This document shows positions 58,395-64,000 of a DNA stretch of 64,000 nucleotides, one piece after another. The number at the start of each line of letters is the position of its first letter. Positions within the stretch are counted from its first letter, which is position 1. This stretch comes from Candidatus Latescibacterota bacterium (GTDB lineage Bacteria > Latescibacterota > UBA2968 > GCA-2709665). A program made the translations under genes and the position numbers. The notes beneath the pieces were generated by a model. It had not been told where the DNA came from, made no database searches, and saw nothing but the letters and a program-made list of their open reading frames with translations. The stretch is from the NCBI GenBank assembly GCA_965219995.1, contig CBDCOX010000002.1:3488001-3552000 (forward strand), in the 5' to 3' direction.

Positions 58395-60827
58395 GTGAGG
58401 CGAATTGTGTTATTGATTTCGTGCGTGTTGGCATTGGGCGCCAGTACGCAGATTTACGGCAAGGGTACCGTGAGGGGCACGGTGCGCGACGCCACAGACG
58501 GTGAAACCTTGCCGAATGCCAATGTCCTGATCGACAGTCTGGGAATCGGGGTATCGGCGGACAAGTCCGGCTATTTTGTCATCGGAAATCTGCCGCCCGG
58601 CAGACACGTGATACGGGCGAGCTTTATAGGATACACAAGCAGGTCCGTCGAGATTGCAATCGAGTCGGCCGAGACCGAGAAGCTTGTGATTGAGCTCCAA
58701 CCGGTGGAACTGACGTTTGACGAAATAGAAGTCGTCGGAGAGCGCGTGGCGCCAACGGAGGTGACGCCGGTGAGCGCGTTCGGCACGCGCGTAACCGAAC
58801 TGGCGCGTATCCCAACCGTGGGACAGCCCGATCTGATGCGCGGCATTCAATTGCTCCCGGGGGTTCAGGCGGGGAGCGAGAATTCCGCAGGACTGTACGT
58901 CCGCGGGGGCACACCCGGTCAGAATCTGATTCTGCTGGACGACGTGGTTGTTTACAACCCGAATCACCTCTTCGGGTTCTTCAGCACGTTCAATCCCGAT
59001 GCGTTGAAGAACGTGACACTGATCAAGGGGACGTTTCCCGCGCGGTATGGCGACCGCCTGTCCAGCGTGCTGGATATAACCAACCTGGACGGCAACAGGA
59101 AACAGCTCGATGCCCGCGCATCCCTGGACCTGATCAGCGCGGGATTGACGATCGGCGGACCCGTAGGCGATCGCGGATCGTGGATGCTTTCAGGGCGGCG
59201 GACCTATGACGAGGTCCTGGAGTCGCCGTTGTTCGGTCACCTGGTGGACGAGATGTTCAGTACCCGAATCGGGACGATTTCCGCAAGCCCGAGCGCCGCC
59301 GGCGGACCGTTCGGATTCGGCGGCGGGCAAGGCGCAGGCCGGTTTGGCGGTACGCGATTCAACTTCCAGCAGCAGACCGGCAACTTTGAACAGGACTACG
59401 GGTTTTACGACTCGAACTTCAAGCTGAACCTGGACGTGTCCGAAAACGACCGCATATCGATCAGCGGATACATGGGCCGTGATGCCCTCGATCTCACCCT
59501 GCCTTCGTTCCGGCAGCAGACCCGTGATCAACTCATGGATTGGGGCAATCAGATTGCCAGGCTCAATTGGCAGCGGATCTTCACCCACAACCTGATCGGC
59601 AACGTGCAGGTTTCGGCAAGTCGATACGTGTCGAACTTCGACGTCGCGACCAACCGGAATGCCGATGCGACCGGGCAGGCCGGCGAGGGCCGCCCGGGGC
59701 GCGGAATCGGCCTGAATCGCAACAACAAGCTGAACGATCTGACGATCAAGGCCTCGTTCGATCTTTATTCGGGCCCGTTTCACACCACGCGTTTTGGCGG
59801 CCAGTTGACGTCCTACGATGCCTTCTACAGGCAGGGGGTGGGCGATTCGGTACGGACTGGAATTAACACATCCTCGCTCTATCAGACGGGTTTCCTGGAG
59901 CACGTGATGCGCCTGGGCCGCCTGGAATTGACCCCGGGGATTCGCGCGAGCCACTTCAATAGCGGAGGCTACACCCGGTGGTCGCCGCGCGTTGCCGGCC
60001 TGTTCCAGATGGACGACAAAGTTGCGTTCAAAGGCGGTTGGGGCATCTACCACCAGTTCGTCAACCTGATTTCGATCGAGGCCAATACGTATGCGACGGA
60101 CATGTGGCTGCCGGTGGACGAGACCCTGACGCCCGGCAAGGCGGTCCACAGCGCGTTCGGTCTGATGTTGACGCCCGGCGACGCGTGGCAGGTCGATCTG
60201 GAGTTCTATCACAAGGGTCTGGAGGATCTCGTGGAATTCCAGTCGCAGGTCCGCCTCGACGATTCAACCCCGCTATCCGACCTGTTCGCGACCGGAACGG
60301 GCACGTCATTCGGCGGAGAGGTCCTGCTTCGCAAGACGGAGGGTCGGCTGAAGGGTTGGATCGGCTATACGCTGAGCAAGACGGAACACACATTTGCCGA
60401 TCTGAACCGGGGCGAACCGTTTCCGCCAAAATACGACCGGCGTCACGACGTGTCCGTGGTGACCGACTATTACGTGGGCAAAGGCTGGAGCGTCAATCTG
60501 AACTGGGTCTATGGAACAGGACAGGCATATACGATTCCCGAGGCGCGCTATGAGGTGCGGCAGCCCACGGGTCAGACCTTTGCTTACGTCCATGTTTCGG
60601 AGAAGAACGCATACCGCCTGCCGGCCTATCACCGGATGGACCTGGGTGTTACGCGAGATTTGAACCTGGGAGGTGTGGAAGGCCAGCTGGTATTCAGTGT
60701 ATTCAACGTCTACAACCGGCGCAACGTATGGTATCGCTCGTTCGATGCGACCGAGCCGGAAGTATTGGTCCAGGATGTACTATTGCAGCCTATATTGCCG
60801 AGTCTCGGTCTACGATTCAACATGTGA
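58395..60827 (+). CDS. TonB-dependent receptor with carboxypeptidase-regulatory-like N-domain
   Basis: SFIGY, LPGV, YVRGG...QNLILLD, FPARYGDRLSSV, RLPAYHRMD, NVYNRRN. Confidence 0.9.
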   Translation: MRRIVLLISCVLALGASTQIYGKGTVRGTVRDATDGETLPNANVLIDSLGIGVSADKSGYFVIGNLPPGRHVIRASFIGYTSRSVEIAIESAETEKLVIELQPVELTFDEIEVVGERVAPTEVTPVSAFGTRVTELARIPTVGQPDLMRGIQLLPGVQAGSENSAGLYVRGGTPGQNLILLDDVVVYNPNHLFGFFSTFNPDALKNVTLIKGTFPARYGDRLSSVLDITNLDGNRKQLDARASLDLISAGLTIGGPVGDRGSWMLSGRRTYDEVLESPLFGHLVDEMFSTRIGTISASPSAAGGPFGFGGGQGAGRFGGTRFNFQQQTGNFEQDYGFYDSNFKLNLDVSENDRISISGYMGRDALDLTLPSFRQQTRDQLMDWGNQIARLNWQRIFTHNLIGNVQVSASRYVSNFDVATNRNADATGQAGEGRPGRGIGLNRNNKLNDLTIKASFDLYSGPFHTTRFGGQLTSYDAFYRQGVGDSVRTGINTSSLYQTGFLEHVMRLGRLELTPGIRASHFNSGGYTRWSPRVAGLFQMDDKVAFKGGWGIYHQFVNLISIEANTYATDMWLPVDETLTPGKAVHSAFGLMLTPGDAWQVDLEFYHKGLEDLVEFQSQVRLDDSTPLSDLFATGTGTSFGGEVLLRKTEGRLKGWIGYTLSKTEHTFADLNRGEPFPPKYDRRHDVSVVTDYYVGKGWSVNLNWVYGTGQAYTIPEARYEVRQPTGQTFAYVHVSEKNAYRLPAYHRMDLGVTRDLNLGGVEGQLVFSVFNVYNRRNVWYRSFDATEPEVLVQDVLLQPILPSLGLRFNM

Positions 60828-60850
60828 GACGGCCGGCGGAGGAACAATGA

Positions 60851-61687
60851 ATGACAATTTCGCGATTGATTCTGTGTCTGATTTTCGGCTCTGGATCCGG
60901 CGCGTGCAGTACGGCGCCGACAGAGTCGCTCGGTGAATTCAATGAGACCGTTCTCATCGAAGGTTTTCTTCGAGCGGGTACGAACGTGTCGGGTCTGTTC
61001 GTGGGGACGACGATGCCGCTCTCGAGCGAGTACGATCGAGACGCCAGCGCGCTTTCCGATGCGGACGTAGCGATTACGGTAGACGGCGTAACGCATTCAC
61101 TGGCTGCCGTGCCTGATGAGCCCGGCGCATACCACCAACCCGATCTGGTGGTCCAGCCGGGAAAGACATACCATTTGTCGGTCACAACGGGATTGGGGAC
61201 GGCGACCGCGCGGACGACCGTTCCGTTCCCGCCTCAGGCGTCAGGGGCGCCCGTGTTGTATGCCGGCGGTGATCCGTATCGTGTGACGTGGGAAGGCGAG
61301 ACAAACGGAGGCTACGTCACTTCCAGGCAGGTCGTGGAGCTGCTGGAGCGAATTCCGCCGGAGAGCCAGTTCGGCGGGGGAAGGTTTGGCGGCGGTTTCG
61401 GGGGGGCGATCGACACGACCGGATTCGGGGCGCTGCGGGACAGTATCGCGCGCGCCGACCAGTGGCGGTTCCTGCAGGGGCAGTCTCAGACTTTGAATCC
61501 CATTCAGTTTTCGTACTATGGCACCTACGCGTTACTCGTGCATGCCCTCGACGAGAACTACGGGGATTTCCTGATCTCGAGCCAGCAGGACGAGGCCGCC
61601 CTGGACGAGCCCCGCTTTCACGTGGAGGGCGGTATCGGGCTGTTCGCCTCCATGGCCGCGGATTCCGTCCTTTTTCGGGTGGAATGA
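60851..61687 (+). CDS. DUF4249-like lipoprotein partner of the TonB receptor
   Basis: Lipobox SGAC, VLIEGFL, PGKTYHL, C-terminal VEGGIGLF. Confidence 0.7.
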   Translation: MTISRLILCLIFGSGSGACSTAPTESLGEFNETVLIEGFLRAGTNVSGLFVGTTMPLSSEYDRDASALSDADVAITVDGVTHSLAAVPDEPGAYHQPDLVVQPGKTYHLSVTTGLGTATARTTVPFPPQASGAPVLYAGGDPYRVTWEGETNGGYVTSRQVVELLERIPPESQFGGGRFGGGFGGAIDTTGFGALRDSIARADQWRFLQGQSQTLNPIQFSYYGTYALLVHALDENYGDFLISSQQDEAALDEPRFHVEGGIGLFASMAADSVLFRVE

Positions 61688-61766
61688 TCCGGCGATGCCG
61701 GATGAGGCATCTCCTGCAGGACAAGGCGCGTCGACGCCTCCACGCAGCCCGGAAACTTCGCCCGGC

Positions 61767-61795
61767 TTGACAGGGCGAGGCGACCGGGCTATATT
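61767..61795 (+). promoter_or_regulatory. Sigma70-type promoter of ssrA
   Basis: TTGACA-17-TATATT about 70 bp upstream of the mature 5' end. Confidence 0.75.
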
Positions 61796-61863
61796 TTCCG
61801 CAGTTCGGGCGACCAGGCGGCCGAACCGCGGCGATCTGTTTCCGGTACCGTGTACATCTGTGT

Positions 61864-62223
61864 GGGGGCGACCTGGATTCGACGGGGGTGGAGAGGCGAT
61901 GGCTGCGTGTCGAGGTCCCATGTCCTCGTTAAACCGTGGGAACACTCTATAATTGCGGACGATACGTACGCAATGGCTGCGTAACTAAGACGCAGCCCGT
62001 TTCGACGGGCCTCGCCTGCAGGGCCCGACCGGAGCGCCGACTTGTGCGGGCTGGCTCGCGGACCTCCGTTCGAGGGTGCGAGAGCGAGAGCTGTTCGAAC
62101 TGGCGTGCCGGCAACCCCGTTTACCGGGGCGCCGTTGCGTGAGATTCAAAAGGTAAACTACACACGTAGACGCTGTCGTTGATCTGCTTTCGGACGCGGG
62201 TTCGATTCCCGCCGCCTCCACCA
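61864..62223 (+). ncRNA. ssrA: tmRNA, tag peptide (A)ADDTYAMAA
   Basis: 5' GGGGGCG...GGATTCGAC; 3' GGTTCGATTCCCGCCGCCTCCACCA with the G3-U alanine identity pair; tag reading frame 61955-61984. Confidence 0.96.
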
Positions 62224-62385
62224 ATTATTCCACGGCTTGTATTACATCAGTATAAACGAACTCAGGGCCGGGTGAAGTCCGTTGCGTCCATTCGCGATTG
62301 ACATCACCCGGCCCGAGTTATAGTACACGATGCCGTCGAGGAAACCTGAAAAGGACGTCTTCTCTGGTCATGCAGCACGTCCGTA

Positions 62386-62455
62386 TCACTCCCCCCTTGA
62401 GGGGGACTCGCAGAAGCCAAGCCGGTCCCTGAGCTTGCCGAAGGGTCGAAGGGTC
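62386..62455. repeat. REP-like palindromic relic
   Basis: CCCCC-TTGA-GGGGG hairpin plus CCCTGAGCTTGCCGAAGGG. Confidence 0.45.
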
Positions 62456-62588
62456 AAAAAGGTACCGGAACGCGGGTATTTTCCATATTGTGTCAGCGTG
62501 ATTCCGATTTTTCTTGCCTTTTCGGCCAAAATCAGACATAATATTATTACTTATTATTAAATATTGACGATTTGTCCGAGCCCGAACC

Positions 62589-63182
62589 ATGCAAAGGCGA
62601 GCCGAAGAGATATTCCGCCGGCACGGCGGCCAGCTTCGCATGAGCGAAGCACTGGCGCAAGGGATCACGCGCTACACGCTTTACACGCTGCGGGACCGGG
62701 GCGTCGTGGAGCCGGTGAGCAGGGGCATTTACCGGCTGGCGGAATTGCCTCCCTTCGGCAACCCGGACTTTGTGACCGTTAGCCTGCGCTATCCAAACGC
62801 CGTAATCTGTCTTGTCTCCGCGCTGACCTTTCATGACATGACGACCCAGATCCCCCGTGCGGTTTCCGTAGCGGTGCCGCGGGGGTCGCGTGCGCCGTCG
62901 CTGGACTACCCGCCTGTTCGCGCGCACAGGATCTCCACCGAAGCCTATGAGAACGGCATCCAAACACATCGGATCGATGGCGTGCCTGTCAAAATCTACA
63001 GCCGCGAAAAGACCCTGGCCGACTGTTTCAAGTTCCGCAACCGAATTGGGATGGACGTGGTGCTTGAGGCGATGAGATTTTACAGGGAACGAAACGGATT
63101 CGATCTCGGCGCCGTGCTCGCCTGCGCCAGGATCTGTCGGGTGCAAAAAGTGATGCGGCCCTATCTTGAGGCTATGCTGTGA
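62589..63182 (+). CDS. abiEi: Type IV TA antitoxin, AbiEi family
   Basis: VSRGIYRL, CLVSALTFH, IYSREKTLADCFKFRN; imperfect inverted repeat upstream at 62522-62579. Confidence 0.88.
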   Translation: MQRRAEEIFRRHGGQLRMSEALAQGITRYTLYTLRDRGVVEPVSRGIYRLAELPPFGNPDFVTVSLRYPNAVICLVSALTFHDMTTQIPRAVSVAVPRGSRAPSLDYPPVRAHRISTEAYENGIQTHRIDGVPVKIYSREKTLADCFKFRNRIGMDVVLEAMRFYRERNGFDLGAVLACARICRVQKVMRPYLEAML

Positions 63183-64000
63183 CGCCGCCGCGAAATTTGC
63201 CCGCCTCGGTTCGACAACGGCTTCTCAATCGGGCCAGGAGCGACCGGCGTCCGTTCAATGAGCTTTTGCAATACTTCGCCATGGAGCGGTTTCTCTATCG
63301 GCTTTCCCGATCCGACCATGTCGAACAATTCATTCTTAAAGGCGCCTTAATGCTGTATGTGTGGCAACCGACGACGATACGTCCGACCATGGACATCGAC
63401 CTCCTGGGAAGGACACACGACGTCGAAGCCGACCTCGTGGCGCAGCTTCGGGACATTTTGGCGGTCGATGTGGAGCCGGACGGTCTCACGTTCGACGCTG
63501 AATCTATTCGGGCCGAACGCATAGCTGAAGGCGCGGACTACGAGGGGATCAGGATTCGGTTTTCGTGCATGCTGGTCACCGCGCAAGTCCACATGCGGGT
63601 TGATGTCGGGTTCGGCGACGTCGTTTATCCCGAACCTGAGACGTCGGATCTGCCGACCCTTCTGGATTTCCCTGCGCCGCGGCTTCTCTGCTATAGCCGC
63701 GAAGCCACCATCGCGGAAAAGCTCGAAACGGCGATCAAGTTCGGCGTTTTAAACAGCCGGATGAAGGACTTTTACGACATCTGGTTGCTGTCCCGTCAAT
63801 TTGATTTCAATGGGCCCGATCTTGCCGAGGCCATTCGGTTGACCTTCGTACGCCGGGGCACGGTGCTGCCCCCGGAAATCGAGGTGTTCACCCAGCACTT
63901 CATCGATTCGAAGCAGATCCAGTGGACCGCGTTCCGGAACCGTCTACAGCCGGATCATGTCCCAGCGTCTTTCGCCCAGGTCGCGGCCTCAATCGCTGAA
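63179..64000 (+). CDS. abiEii: AbiEii/AbiGii nucleotidyltransferase toxin (partial, runs off window end)
   Basis: Manual translation: ASVRQRLLN, MERFLYRL, FILKGALML, RPTMDIDL, IAEKL, NSRMKDFYD; GTGA overlap with abiEi. Confidence 0.9.
   Translation, partial: MTPPRNLPASVRQRLLNRARSDRRPFNELLQYFAMERFLYRLSRSDHVEQFILKGALMLYVWQPTTIRPTMDIDLLGRTHDVEADLVAQLRDILAVDVEPDGLTFDAESIRAERIAEGADYEGIRIRFSCMLVTAQVHMRVDVGFGDVVYPEPETSDLPTLLDFPAPRLLCYSREATIAEKLETAIKFGVLNSRMKDFYDIWLLSRQFDFNGPDLAEAIRLTFVRRGTVLPPEIEVFTQHFIDSKQIQWTAFRNRLQPDHVPASFAQVAASIAE

Overview
GC-rich bacterial chromosomal segment. Dockerin-like/EF-hand modules, a FlgD/T9SS-type C-terminal sorting domain, two PhyH dioxygenases, a sulfatase and LRR/ankyrin/TPR proteins suggest an FCB-group organism such as Latescibacterota, possibly host-associated (inference only). 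Housekeeping genes: polA, gltA, msrA, glpK, ilvD, lpxH-like, dsbD, UbiD family, a TRAP transporter and tmRNA. Accessory material: a complete 1,553-bp IS1380-family element with a TTAG target duplication; a translationally coupled pair of STAND-like ATPases behind a 35-bp palindromic operator; three neighbouring secreted cohesin/dockerin-like proteins (Cache, LRR, scaffold); a low-GC darG-darT pair in reversed order; higBA; abiEi/abiEii next to tmRNA; and several internally deleted toxin/nuclease relics. The most distinctive non-coding signal is a family of about 130-bp intergenic hairpin elements with heptamer-periodic arms and a conserved structured core (six copies at 42.6-58.1 kb, one nested in another), alongside other REP-like repeats. 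All protein calls rest on motif recognition by eye; no database search was run.
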